A stretch of DNA of 64,000 bases from an uncultured virus (IMG/VR IMGVR_UViG_3300044991_001638) (taxonomy: Duplodnaviria; Heunggongvirae; Uroviricota; Caudoviricetes), in the IMG/VR virus record IMGVR_UViG_3300044991_001638; one strand, 5' to 3'. Positions 50,139 through 59,925 of this stretch are shown here, one piece after another; the first letter of the stretch is position 1; the number at the start of each line of letters is the position of its first letter. Below the pieces are notes generated by a model that had not been told where the DNA came from, did not search any database, and saw only the letters and a program-made list of their open reading frames with translations. A program made the translations under genes and the position numbers.

Positions 50139-50795
50139 ATGAGTATAGATAAAAAGATATTAAGCGAAATTCAACGATACAGAAGTATCAATAATTATAT
50201 TTTGGAACAAGAAGCGGTTCCACCGCCTGTTGACGCAGCGTTACCTCCTGAAGGGGAAGCTCCACCTCCACCAGCAGCAGGTGAGGCACCCGCCGAGGCA
50301 CCCGCCGAACCAATTGATGTTGAAAATGACCCTGACGTTGAAAAAATTGATGACGAGGGAGAATCAGAAGAAAAAGATAAAGATAGTGAGGGTAGTGAAG
50401 AACTTGATATTACTGATTTAGTTACCGCTCAAAAAGATATTCAGTCAAAACAAGATGATTATTTTGACAACTTATTTGGACAATTAGGTAAATTGGAATC
50501 AAGATTAGGTGAGATGGATGCAATTATGAACAAGTTAAATGCTCTTGAAAATAAAATTGAGAAATACAGAGAAAAAACTCCACAAGAAAAATTGGAACTA
50601 AGAAGTTATGACTCATATCCATTCAACCAAAAATTATCACAATTCTTTGATGATAAAACTGATGAGATGGAAAAAACAGGAAAAAATGAATATGTTTTAA
50701 CTTCTGATGATGTAACCGACATTAATGTTAATGACATTCAAGATTCTTTTCGAAACAAATCAAATGATATTAATGACAAGTTTAAATACAAATAA
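50139..50795 (+). CDS. Acidic Pro-rich / coiled-coil hypothetical protein (possible head core component)
   Basis: 218 aa with a PPP/EAPA low-complexity tract and a heptad LGKLESRL...LENKIEK segment. Confidence 0.6.
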   Translation: MSIDKKILSEIQRYRSINNYILEQEAVPPPVDAALPPEGEAPPPPAAGEAPAEAPAEPIDVENDPDVEKIDDEGESEEKDKDSEGSEELDITDLVTAQKDIQSKQDDYFDNLFGQLGKLESRLGEMDAIMNKLNALENKIEKYREKTPQEKLELRSYDSYPFNQKLSQFFDDKTDEMEKTGKNEYVLTSDDVTDINVNDIQDSFRNKSNDINDKFKYK

Positions 50796-50816
50796 TCTTA
50801 AAATAAAATAAAATGG

Positions 50817-50843
50817 AAGGTCACTCAAAAAGTGACCTTTTTT
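50817..50843 (+). terminator. Intrinsic terminator
   Basis: aaggtcact-caaaa-agtgacctt followed by a T-run. Confidence 0.75.
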
Positions 50844-50844
50844 A

Positions 50845-50876
50845 TTTGACAAATCAATAGAATTTTATTATATTTA
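50845..50876 (+). promoter_or_regulatory. Putative promoter of the replication operon (TTGACA-N17-TATATT, also TTTG-N20-TATATTTA)
   Basis: Read directly upstream of the SSB gene. Confidence 0.6.
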
Positions 50877-50907
50877 TAACACAAATTAAATTTAAATATA
50901 TAAAAAC

Positions 50908-51756
50908 ATGATGAGTTCATTAGACGCCGTATTGGCACAGTACGAAAAAGCACAACAAGGGGGCGGGGCCCAAAGCAAAATGTCGCAAGACGAAAGAATG
51001 AAAAAGTATTTCGCTTGTATCCTTTCTGACAAAGAGAAATCAGGACAACGTAGAGTACGTATCCTACCAACACCAGATGGTTCTTCACCATTCAAAGAAG
51101 CATGGTACCACGAAATTCAAGTTGGTGGACAATGGAACAAATTCTTTGACCCAGGAAAGAATGATAACGAACGTTCACCTTTGAATGAGGTTTACGAAGA
51201 GTTGATGTCTACAGGTAAAGAATCAGACAAAGAATTGGCAAAACAATACAAGTCTCGTAAGTTCTACATCGTTAAAGTGATTGATAGAGACCACGAAGAA
51301 GACGGTGTTAAATTTTGGAGATTTAAACACAACTATAAGAATGATGGCATCTTAGATAAAATCATTCCAATTTGGAGAAACAAAGGCGATATCACTGACC
51401 CTGAAAAAGGACGTGACCTTGTTATCGAATTAAGTAAATCTAAGACACCTGCGGGTAAAGAGTATACAAGTATCTCTACAATCATGTACGATGACCCAGC
51501 TCCTGTTCACGAAGACAAAGCTCAAGCTAATGTTTGGATTAATGACGAGATGACTTGGTTAGATGTATATTCTAAAAAACCTGTTGACTATCTTGAAGCG
51601 ATTGCTCGTGGAGAAACTCCAAAATGGGATACTGAAAAAGGTGGATATGTATATTCAAATAATGATGAATTGACCACATCTATTGGCGGGAGTAAAACAA
51701 CCAAAATTGTTGACCCACAATTAAATGACGAAGCTGACGGAGAGTTACCTTTCTAA
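50908..51756 (+). CDS. Single-stranded DNA-binding protein (gp32-like)
   Basis: RVRILP, FYIVKVIDR, DITDPEKGRDL and an acidic tail ending DGELPF. Confidence 0.75.
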   Translation: MMSSLDAVLAQYEKAQQGGGAQSKMSQDERMKKYFACILSDKEKSGQRRVRILPTPDGSSPFKEAWYHEIQVGGQWNKFFDPGKNDNERSPLNEVYEELMSTGKESDKELAKQYKSRKFYIVKVIDRDHEEDGVKFWRFKHNYKNDGILDKIIPIWRNKGDITDPEKGRDLVIELSKSKTPAGKEYTSISTIMYDDPAPVHEDKAQANVWINDEMTWLDVYSKKPVDYLEAIARGETPKWDTEKGGYVYSNNDELTTSIGGSKTTKIVDPQLNDEADGELPF

Positions 51757-51779
51757 ATAAATTATTAAAAAAAAATCTG

Positions 51780-51809
51780 ACGGGAGCAGTTTATTGTTCC
51801 CGTTTTTTT
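51780..51809 (+). terminator. Intrinsic terminator
   Basis: acgggagca...tgttcccgt followed by a T-run. Confidence 0.75.
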
Positions 51810-51835
51810 GTTTATATTTTATAAAAAAAAACACT

Positions 51836-52066
51836 ATGAAACCATTTATCGCAGAAAAATTAAAAACAGCTTTAATAAAAAAATACGAGGCTGAGATATC
51901 AGATTCTGAAGCAAGATTATACATTTATTTCAGTAGCTCAGTTGGTATTGGAGAACATCCACAACATACAGAAGAAATGGATAATTTAGTTGAAAAATTA
52001 ACAAACGCAAAAGACAAACTACAAACAATTATAAATTTTAATATTTATGGGGAAAATGGCAATTAA
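51836..52066 (+). CDS. Small phage hypothetical protein (VGIGEHP motif)
   Basis: ATG at 51836 lies after the terminator. 76 aa, helical. Confidence 0.65.
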   Translation: MKPFIAEKLKTALIKKYEAEISDSEARLYIYFSSSVGIGEHPQHTEEMDNLVEKLTNAKDKLQTIINFNIYGENGN

Positions 52067-53063
52067 AAAAAACGACTTTAACTCAGTAAAGAAAAAATTC
52101 TCTACTTCTGCTAAATACAAACCACAAAGATTTTTTGACTTAGGTCCGGACTTCTTAGACGCGGTTGGACTACCAGGTCCTGCAATTGGGCACTTAAATA
52201 TGTTCTTGGGTCACTCTGACACAGGAAAAACAACTGCGTTAGTTAAAACTGCCGTTGATGCCCAAAAGAAAGGTATTCTACCTGTATTCATCATTACAGA
52301 ACAGAAATGGTCGTTCGAGCACGCTAAATTAATGGGGTTTGAATGTGAAGAAGTTGTTGATACTGAAACAGGAGAATTAGATTGGGATGGATTCTTTATA
52401 TTTAATAATAATTTTGAATATATAGAACAAATTACTGATTATATTAATTCGTTACTTGACGCTCAAGAAAAAGGAGAATTAGATTATAGTTTATGTATAA
52501 TGTGGGATAGCGTGGGTAGCGTTCCCTGCAAAATGACTTTTGACGGAAAAGGTGGGAAGCAACACACGGCTGGCGCATTATCTGATAAAATTGGAATGGG
52601 TATTAATCAAAGGATATCAGGTAGTAGAAGGTCAGATTCAAAATATGAAAATACTTTAATTATCGTAAACCAACCTTGGGTTGAATTACCTGACAACATA
52701 TATGGACAACCTAAAATTATGGCGAAGGGTGGAAATGCTATTTGGTTAAACTCATCTTTGGTATTCTTATTTGGTAACCAAAAAGGTGCAGGAACTAATA
52801 AGATTACTGCAACCAAAGACAAAAGAAATGTTAAATTTGCTATCAGAACTAAAATTTCTGTAATGAAGAATCACATTAATGGTTTGGGTTATGAGGATGG
52901 TAAGATAATTGTAACACCACATGGGTTCTTGGCGGGTAAAGAAGCTGCGGAAGAAAAAATATCTATTGAAAAATACAAAACAGAACATGCGGAATATTGG
53001 AAAGAAATTATTGGTACTGATGGTGATTTTGATTTGAAAGAAGAAAAAGACGAAAAAGAATAA
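52047..53063 (+). CDS. RecA/UvsX-like recombinase
   Basis: Walker A GHSDTGKT, Walker B IMWDSVG, IVNQ, KGG and KNH. True start may be 52056. Confidence 0.85.
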   Translation: MGKMAIKKNDFNSVKKKFSTSAKYKPQRFFDLGPDFLDAVGLPGPAIGHLNMFLGHSDTGKTTALVKTAVDAQKKGILPVFIITEQKWSFEHAKLMGFECEEVVDTETGELDWDGFFIFNNNFEYIEQITDYINSLLDAQEKGELDYSLCIMWDSVGSVPCKMTFDGKGGKQHTAGALSDKIGMGINQRISGSRRSDSKYENTLIIVNQPWVELPDNIYGQPKIMAKGGNAIWLNSSLVFLFGNQKGAGTNKITATKDKRNVKFAIRTKISVMKNHINGLGYEDGKIIVTPHGFLAGKEAAEEKISIEKYKTEHAEYWKEIIGTDGDFDLKEEKDEKE

Positions 53064-53102
53064 AAAAAGTAACAAGATTTTATATTAATTTAAATCACAA
53101 AT

Positions 53103-54107
53103 GTGATTAAGACATTACTAGTAGACGGAGATAATTTATTTAAGATAGGATTCCACGGAGCAAAAGACGTGTTTAACGACGGAGCTCATGTGGGTGGAGT
53201 ATTTCACTTTGTGAGTGTACTCCGTAAATTTCTTAATGAACACAACCATGATAAAGTTGTTGTGTTTTGGGATGGAGATTCAAATTCATCCATCAGAAAA
53301 TCTATATACCCCCAGTATAAGGCGAACAGACGAAAAGACGATATGAATGAATATAAGTACGAATCGTATTTGTATCAGAAGTCTCGAATCAAACAATATC
53401 TTGAGGAGATATTTGTAAGACAGGTTGAGATGCACGACAATGAGGCAGATGACTTAATTGCTTATTATTGTAAGATATCTAAAGACGAGAAGATTATCAT
53501 TTTTTCTGCGGATAAAGACCTTACACAGCTTATCTCTGAACATGTGACAATCTATTCACCTATCACAAAACAGTACTTTAAAAACGGAGACATGATATCT
53601 CTGAACAAAGTGGATATACCTCACTACAATGTATTGTTGACAAAGATATTCACGGGGGACAAATCAGACAATATTGAAGGAATACAGGGACTTGGAGAAA
53701 AAACATTAGTTAAGTTTTTCCCTCAGGTGCAGAAGAAACCTTGTACTATGGAAGAAATTTTAGATTGTGCTCGAAATCTTTTGCAGGACAAACCTTCAAA
53801 AACATTCACAAATCTTTTGACTGGTAAGACAAAATCAACTATACTTGGTGAAGAGTTTTATACAACAAACAAAAAGATAGTCGACCTTACAAACCCTTTA
53901 ATCACTACCGATGGAAAAAAATTAGTTGAACAAATTTTAACTGACACTATAGACCCTACAGATAGGGGATATAAAAATTTAATGAGAATGATGGTGGAAG
54001 ATGGACTTTTCAAATATCTACCAAAAAATGACGAGGCTTGGGTAAACTTCCTAACACCTTTTATGAAATTAACAAGAAAAGAAAAAAGAAACACAAAAAA
54101 AAATTAA
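53103..54107 (+). CDS. 5'-3' exonuclease / RNase H (FEN-like)
   Basis: LLVDGDN, YKANR, EADDLIA, SADKDLTQL and GDKSDNIEGIQGLGEKT. Confidence 0.92.
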   Translation: MIKTLLVDGDNLFKIGFHGAKDVFNDGAHVGGVFHFVSVLRKFLNEHNHDKVVVFWDGDSNSSIRKSIYPQYKANRRKDDMNEYKYESYLYQKSRIKQYLEEIFVRQVEMHDNEADDLIAYYCKISKDEKIIIFSADKDLTQLISEHVTIYSPITKQYFKNGDMISLNKVDIPHYNVLLTKIFTGDKSDNIEGIQGLGEKTLVKFFPQVQKKPCTMEEILDCARNLLQDKPSKTFTNLLTGKTKSTILGEEFYTTNKKIVDLTNPLITTDGKKLVEQILTDTIDPTDRGYKNLMRMMVEDGLFKYLPKNDEAWVNFLTPFMKLTRKEKRNTKKN

Positions 54108-54109
54108 TT

Positions 54110-54562
54110 ATGAAAGAACAAGACAGCACTAAAATAGAATTTTTATTAACATTAAACGATAACATCGTTGTTCAAAGATTCTTTAATGTCAGAGGGTATA
54201 ACCCAAAGGCAAAAAATTCCGTAGACTTATACGATTTTATCTCACAATTTAAAAGAGAACTTGAGTATCACCTAAAAATGAAAACAGTAATTTATATGAT
54301 GGACAATATGAATTTAATTATCAATGACCCGTTAATCATGGAAACATCCCTTACTGAAGGTAGTGAACAATTCAATATTTATCTTAAAATTGGTGAACAG
54401 ACAATTTGTCATAGATGTATTGATGGAAAAAAATTCCCACCAAAAGTTCGTTATACTGTTGACGTAAGACCATTTTTAAAAAACATGTTAAAAGAATTAA
54501 CTGACATTTTTTCCGAACAAAAATTAAGTTTAGAATATTTGGGATTTGACTTAAACAAGTGA
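54110..54562 (+). CDS. Hypothetical protein
   Basis: Likely start MKEQDSTK at 54110, 2 nt after the upstream stop. Confidence 0.6.
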   Translation: MKEQDSTKIEFLLTLNDNIVVQRFFNVRGYNPKAKNSVDLYDFISQFKRELEYHLKMKTVIYMMDNMNLIINDPLIMETSLTEGSEQFNIYLKIGEQTICHRCIDGKKFPPKVRYTVDVRPFLKNMLKELTDIFSEQKLSLEYLGFDLNK

Positions 54563-54596
54563 ATATTTAATAAAACAGACGAGAGAAATATATCAT

Positions 54597-55976
54597 ATGA
54601 ACAAAAACTTTGACTACTTAGGAAACACATTCCAAATCCAACTTTTAAACCAACTTATTGTAAATAAAGAATTTTCAACATCAATTATGGATGTTATTGA
54701 AACAACATATTTTGATAACAAATACTTTAAGATTATCTTGCAAATGACCAAGGAGTATCACACCAAATACCAATCTACCCCTAATTTTGATACTCTCGAA
54801 CAAATTGTAAAATCTGAGATTTCACAAGAATTGGTTGCAAAAATTGTTATTGACACTATTAAAAAAGTAAAAGATGCACCATTTGAGGGTACACAATTTG
54901 TTCAAGAAAAAGCGTTGAAGTTTTGTAAACAACAAGAACTACAAAAGGCGATGGACAAAGCCCAAAAAATTATTACTGAAGGTGACTTTGAATCTTATGA
55001 CAAAGTTGAGAGTTTGGTTCGTGAAGCGTTACAGGTTGGGGAAAAAGATACTGGAACCCTTGATGTTTTTTCTAATCTTGAAACAGTCCTTGATGAGGAT
55101 TTTAGACATCCAATTCCATTAGGAATACCTGGTATTGACAGATTACTTAAGGGAGGTCTTGCAAAGGGTGAAATTGGAGTTATCCTTGCACCGACAGGTG
55201 TTGGTAAAACTACCATCTTAACAAAAATTGCCAATACCGCGTTTAATCTTGGGTATAATGTTCTCCAAATTTTTTTTGAGGACAATCCAAAAATTATACA
55301 ACGTAAGCATTTCACACTTTGGACTGGAATTGAACCTGATAATTTAGTAAAACACAAAGACGAGGTTATGTCTAAAATTACAGAAATTAAAGAAACCATG
55401 AAGAATGAGTTAATTATGAAAAAACTACCTTCAGATTCTATAACTATGAATCAGATTAAAAACCAAATCAGAAAAATGATTGCTGACGGAACAAAAATTG
55501 ACTTGGTACTTTTAGATTATATTGATTGTATTGTACCGGAAAGTACAAGTAAGGACGAGTGGAAAGCTGAGGGTTCAGTTATGAGAGGTTTTGAGGCAAT
55601 GTGTCACGAACTGTCATTAGTTGGATGGACGGCAACACAGGGTAACAGAAGTTCTATATCTTCTGAGGTTGTAACCAACGACCAAATGGGAGGTTCTATT
55701 AAGAAAGCACAAGTTGGACACGTTATCATTTCCGTGGCAAAAACTTTACAACAAAAAGAAATGAATTTAGCAACAATAGCAATTACCAAATCACGTATTG
55801 GTAAAGATGGGGTAGTGTTTGAGAACTGTAAGTTCAACAACGAACTACTTGAAATTGATACAGAGTCATCTGTAACGTTCTTAGGTTTTGGAGAACAACA
55901 AGAGGAAAGAAAAAGAGACAGAGTTAAAGAACTGTTGGACAAAAGAAAACAAAGAGAACAAGAACAAAAATCTTAA
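54597..55976 (+). CDS. DnaB/gp41-like replicative helicase
   Basis: [21 protein letters not shown] and KSR. Confidence 0.92.
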   Translation: MNKNFDYLGNTFQIQLLNQLIVNKEFSTSIMDVIETTYFDNKYFKIILQMTKEYHTKYQSTPNFDTLEQIVKSEISQELVAKIVIDTIKKVKDAPFEGTQFVQEKALKFCKQQELQKAMDKAQKIITEGDFESYDKVESLVREALQVGEKDTGTLDVFSNLETVLDEDFRHPIPLGIPGIDRLLKGGLAKGEIGVILAPTGVGKTTILTKIANTAFNLGYNVLQIFFEDNPKIIQRKHFTLWTGIEPDNLVKHKDEVMSKITEIKETMKNELIMKKLPSDSITMNQIKNQIRKMIADGTKIDLVLLDYIDCIVPESTSKDEWKAEGSVMRGFEAMCHELSLVGWTATQGNRSSISSEVVTNDQMGGSIKKAQVGHVIISVAKTLQQKEMNLATIAITKSRIGKDGVVFENCKFNNELLEIDTESSVTFLGFGEQQEERKRDRVKELLDKRKQREQEQKS

Positions 55977-55986
55977 AAAAAAAATT

Positions 55987-56934
55987 ATGGAAAAAATATT
56001 AATGGAGAACCCTAATAGGTTTGTTATCTTCCCAATCCAGCACAATGATATTTGGGAGTACTACAAAATGCACCAAGCGGCTTTGTGGACAGCTGAAGAA
56101 ATTGATTTAACTAATGACATCAGAGATTGGAATAATCTATCTGAAAATGAGCAATATTTCGTTAAGAATATTTTATCGTTCTTTGCGGCTTCTGATGGTA
56201 TTGTTAATGAAAATTTGGCGGAAAACTTTTATCGTGAGGTACAATATCCCGAAGCAAAATTCTTTTATGGGTTCCAACTTATGATGGAGAACATTCATAG
56301 TTTGATGTATTCACTTCTTATTGATACATACATTTCAAATGAAGAAGAAAAAAATCTATGTTTCACTGCTTTGGATAATTTACCGGCAGTTCAAAAAAAG
56401 GCTAAATGGGCTTTGGATTGGATTGAAAAATCATCTTTCCAAGAAAGATTGGTTGCCTTTGCAGCAGTTGAAGGTATTTTCTTTTCAGGTTCATTCTGTT
56501 CAGTTTTTTGGTTAAAATCAAGAGGTATCCTACAAGGATTGTGTAATGCTAATTCATTAATCTTTAAAGATGAAAATTTACATTGTGACTTTGCAATTCA
56601 CCTATTAAACAATCACATTGAAAATAAACCAAGTGAAAAAAAAATCAGAGAGATTTTATTATCGGCATTAGAAATTGAGAAAGAATTTATTACCGAGTCA
56701 TTACCAGTATCTTTAATTGGAATGAACTCAAACTTAATGAAACAATATCTTGAGTTTGTCGTTGATGGGTTATTGGTTAAGCTAGGATGTAAAAAGGAGT
56801 TTAATGTTGAACAACCATTTAAGTTCATGGAACAAATTGCGGTTGAGACAAAAGGAAATTTCTTTGAGTCAAGAACTGTTGAGTATCAAAAAGCAAAATT
56901 AAACGAAACAATTTCTTTCGAGGAAGATTTCTAA
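55987..56934 (+). CDS. nrdB: Ribonucleotide reductase class Ia beta subunit
   Basis: [34 protein letters not shown] and NFFE. Likely start 55987. Confidence 0.95.
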   Translation: MEKILMENPNRFVIFPIQHNDIWEYYKMHQAALWTAEEIDLTNDIRDWNNLSENEQYFVKNILSFFAASDGIVNENLAENFYREVQYPEAKFFYGFQLMMENIHSLMYSLLIDTYISNEEEKNLCFTALDNLPAVQKKAKWALDWIEKSSFQERLVAFAAVEGIFFSGSFCSVFWLKSRGILQGLCNANSLIFKDENLHCDFAIHLLNNHIENKPSEKKIREILLSALEIEKEFITESLPVSLIGMNSNLMKQYLEFVVDGLLVKLGCKKEFNVEQPFKFMEQIAVETKGNFFESRTVEYQKAKLNETISFEEDF

Positions 56935-56946
56935 TATTAAAATAAT

Positions 56947-59373
56947 ATGATGTCATTAAAAATTAAAAAAAGAAACGGTGAGGACGTATCATTTAATCCT
57001 CAAAAAATATATAATCGAGTTAAACGTGCAGCTAAAGGGTTGAACGTAAATTCTGATGAAATCTTCATCAAAGTTATTACCTCGGTACCAACTGAAGGAC
57101 TTATCACAACTAAAGAGTTGGATAAGTTGGTTTATGAAATTGCTGCGGCATATACTGGTAGTCATCACGACTATTCAAGATTGGCTTCATCAGTTGCAAT
57201 TTCTTCATATCATAAAGAAACTAACCCAAGTTTTTCAGAAACAATATCAGAGTTACATTCACATGGAATTATTAATGATGTGTTAATAGAAACAATTCAA
57301 AAATACGGAGAAAAAAATATTGATGAAATTATAAATCATAATAACGATTATAATTTCGATTATTTTGCTTGGCGTTCATTGCAAGAAATGTACTTGTTAA
57401 AGACACCACAAGGTAAAGTAATTGAAAGACCACAACACATGTATATGAGAGTTGCTCTATGGGTGACAAACTCATTTGAGGAAGCGGTAGAATACTATAA
57501 TTCATTGTCTAATCAACTTATTTCTCCCGCAACACCAATCATTATTAATTCAGGTAGTAAAGTTCCTCAATTAGCATCTTGTGTATTACATTATAATAAC
57601 TCAGATTCACGTAATGGTTTATTAGAAACTTTAAATGATATTTCAACTTACTCTTCAGACGCTGCCGGAATTGGTTTATCTATGTCTAACATTAGAAGTA
57701 AGGAAAGTAGAATATCTACATCAGGAGGACACTCGGGGGGATTGTTGAAGTATTTAAAAATTGTTAACGAGTCATTAAGATTCTTTAACCAACAAGGAAG
57801 ACGACCTGGTAGTGCTGCAATCTACATTGAACCATGGCACAAAGATGTTATAGATTTATTGGAAATCAAAAAAAATACAGGAGCCGAAGAATTAAGGGCA
57901 AGAGATTTGTTCACGGCTCTTTGGATTCCTGATAACTTCATGAGAGCGGTAAAAGACAGTACTGATTGGTATCTGTTCTGCCCTAACGATATTCTTAAAG
58001 CGGGTATTAAACCACTTCAAGAATGCTATGGTGATGAGTATGAAAATAACTACAACATGGCAGTTGAATTAGGTCTTGGTAAAAAAGTTAAAGCTCAAGA
58101 TGTTTGGACTAAGATTATTGAGTCACAAGTTGAAACTGGTGTCCCTTACTTATGTTCTAAAGATAGTGCTAACAAAAAAACAAACCATCAGAACATTGGT
58201 GTAATTAAACAATCAAATCTTTGTAATGAAATTTACCAATATACTGACGAGAAAACCACAGCAATCTGTACATTATCCTCAATGGTATTAAAAAACTTTA
58301 TTGAAAAGGGTGAGTTTGATTTTAACCTACTTTATGATGAAGTTAGAAAAGTTGTTAGAGCACTTAATAAAGTTATTAATATCAATCGTTACTCAACTGA
58401 AAAAGGTAAAAAAGGTGGATTAGACCAAAGAGCAATTGCAATTGGAACTCAAGGATTGGCCGATGTATTCTATTTAATGGATTACATTTTCACATCTGAA
58501 GAAGCAAAAAAATTAAACAAAGCGATTTTTGAAACTATCTATTTTGCAGCAATCACCGAAAGTAATAAATTATGTATGGAAGGTAAATACGAACCATACG
58601 TTCACTTCAAGGGTTCACCTATGTCTAAAGGAGTATTTCAATTTGATATGTGGGGATTAAATGAAGATGACCTTTCAGGTAGATGGCCTTGGAACGATTT
58701 AAAACAAAACGTTAAAAATTATGGTGTTTGTAATTCATTATTTACCGCTCAAATGCCTGTAGCATCTTCAGCAAAAATTACAGGTTCGTTTGAAATGACA
58801 GAACCCGCACATTCTGCTCTTTTTAATAGACGAGTTGTTGGTGGTGAAATAATGATTGTGAACAAATACTTGATTAATGATTTTGAAAAGATTGGTATTT
58901 GGAGTGAAGAATTAAAAAATGAAATCATTTTAAATGAAGGTTCAATTCAAAACATTAACTTTAATAACCATCTTGACACTGAGGATAAAAACTATACTAA
59001 GAAAGTTAAACGTATAGAATACTTGATTAGTAAATACAAAACAATTTGGGAAATTTCACAAAAAGAATTGATTAATATGGCGGCAGATAGAGCACCATTT
59101 ATTGACCAATCACAATCAATGAATATTTATATGGCAAATCCAACATTGTCTAAAATTACCTCATCACATTTCCATTCATGGGAAAAAGGATTAAAAACTT
59201 TATGTTATTATGTTAGAACTAAAGCAATTTCAACGGGAGCAAAACACTTGGCGGTTGATGTTTCAAAAATATCAAAACCTAATGTTAAGATTGAAATACC
59301 AAAAGTTGAAATAATTGAATTAAACACAAAACCTAAAGATAGTCCTTTTGAATGTTTTGGGTGTAGCTCTTAA
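56947..59373 (+). CDS. nrdA: Ribonucleotide reductase class Ia alpha subunit with ATP cone
   Basis: KIKKRNG, ERPQH, SPATP, QLASC, SNLCNEI, KTLCYYVR and C-terminal CFGC. Confidence 0.97.
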   Translation: MMSLKIKKRNGEDVSFNPQKIYNRVKRAAKGLNVNSDEIFIKVITSVPTEGLITTKELDKLVYEIAAAYTGSHHDYSRLASSVAISSYHKETNPSFSETISELHSHGIINDVLIETIQKYGEKNIDEIINHNNDYNFDYFAWRSLQEMYLLKTPQGKVIERPQHMYMRVALWVTNSFEEAVEYYNSLSNQLISPATPIIINSGSKVPQLASCVLHYNNSDSRNGLLETLNDISTYSSDAAGIGLSMSNIRSKESRISTSGGHSGGLLKYLKIVNESLRFFNQQGRRPGSAAIYIEPWHKDVIDLLEIKKNTGAEELRARDLFTALWIPDNFMRAVKDSTDWYLFCPNDILKAGIKPLQECYGDEYENNYNMAVELGLGKKVKAQDVWTKIIESQVETGVPYLCSKDSANKKTNHQNIGVIKQSNLCNEIYQYTDEKTTAICTLSSMVLKNFIEKGEFDFNLLYDEVRKVVRALNKVININRYSTEKGKKGGLDQRAIAIGTQGLADVFYLMDYIFTSEEAKKLNKAIFETIYFAAITESNKLCMEGKYEPYVHFKGSPMSKGVFQFDMWGLNEDDLSGRWPWNDLKQNVKNYGVCNSLFTAQMPVASSAKITGSFEMTEPAHSALFNRRVVGGEIMIVNKYLINDFEKIGIWSEELKNEIILNEGSIQNINFNNHLDTEDKNYTKKVKRIEYLISKYKTIWEISQKELINMAADRAPFIDQSQSMNIYMANPTLSKITSSHFHSWEKGLKTLCYYVRTKAISTGAKHLAVDVSKISKPNVKIEIPKVEIIELNTKPKDSPFECFGCSS

Positions 59374-59377
59374 ACAT

Positions 59378-59401
59378 AAATCCCGACGTGTCGGGATTTT
59401 T
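59378..59401 (+). terminator. Intrinsic terminator
   Basis: aaatcccga-cgtg-tcgggattt followed by Ts. Confidence 0.75.
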
Positions 59402-59449
59402 CATTTTTAATCTATTTAAAGAAAAATAGATAGTACTATATTTATAGTT

Positions 59450-59920
59450 ATGGCAAATGGTGTTACTTATGGTATTAATTTCCCTTTTCGAGATTCTAGA
59501 CGAGGGGATTATTTAGAACTTACTGAACTACAATCCCAAGAAATTAAAGCGGACTTAATACATTTATTGTTAACAAGAAGAGGTTCTCGATACTTTTTAC
59601 CTCAATTTGGTACAAGATTATATGAATTTATCTTTGAACCATTTGATGGCGTTACTTTTACTGCAATTGAATCTGACATAAGAGACGCTATTGAAAATTT
59701 TATGCCAAATTTATTAGTTAATAGTTTAAGTATATTACCTGCAGACCCAGAAGAAGAAGTTGATATTGCAACAGGTCAAAATTTTGTGGGAACTAGTGAA
59801 TCATCAATTTACAGATTTCCGGGTAAAGGAACTTCTGAATACACTGCAAAAATAAGATTAGATTACTCAACAAACGGCTCAACATACGCACAGAGTGATT
59901 TTGTTATTATTAATATTTAA
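59450..59920 (+). CDS. Baseplate wedge protein gp25-like
   Basis: LIHLLLTRRGSRYFLPQFGTRLYEFIFEP. Confidence 0.88.
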   Translation: MANGVTYGINFPFRDSRRGDYLELTELQSQEIKADLIHLLLTRRGSRYFLPQFGTRLYEFIFEPFDGVTFTAIESDIRDAIENFMPNLLVNSLSILPADPEEEVDIATGQNFVGTSESSIYRFPGKGTSEYTAKIRLDYSTNGSTYAQSDFVIINI

Positions 59921-59925
59921 TATAA

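Noticed and set aside
20068..59373. Introns or inteins in pol, helicases, recombinase or RNR
   Set aside because: The ORFs are continuous and of ordinary length. I saw no intein C...HN ends or homing endonuclease motifs.
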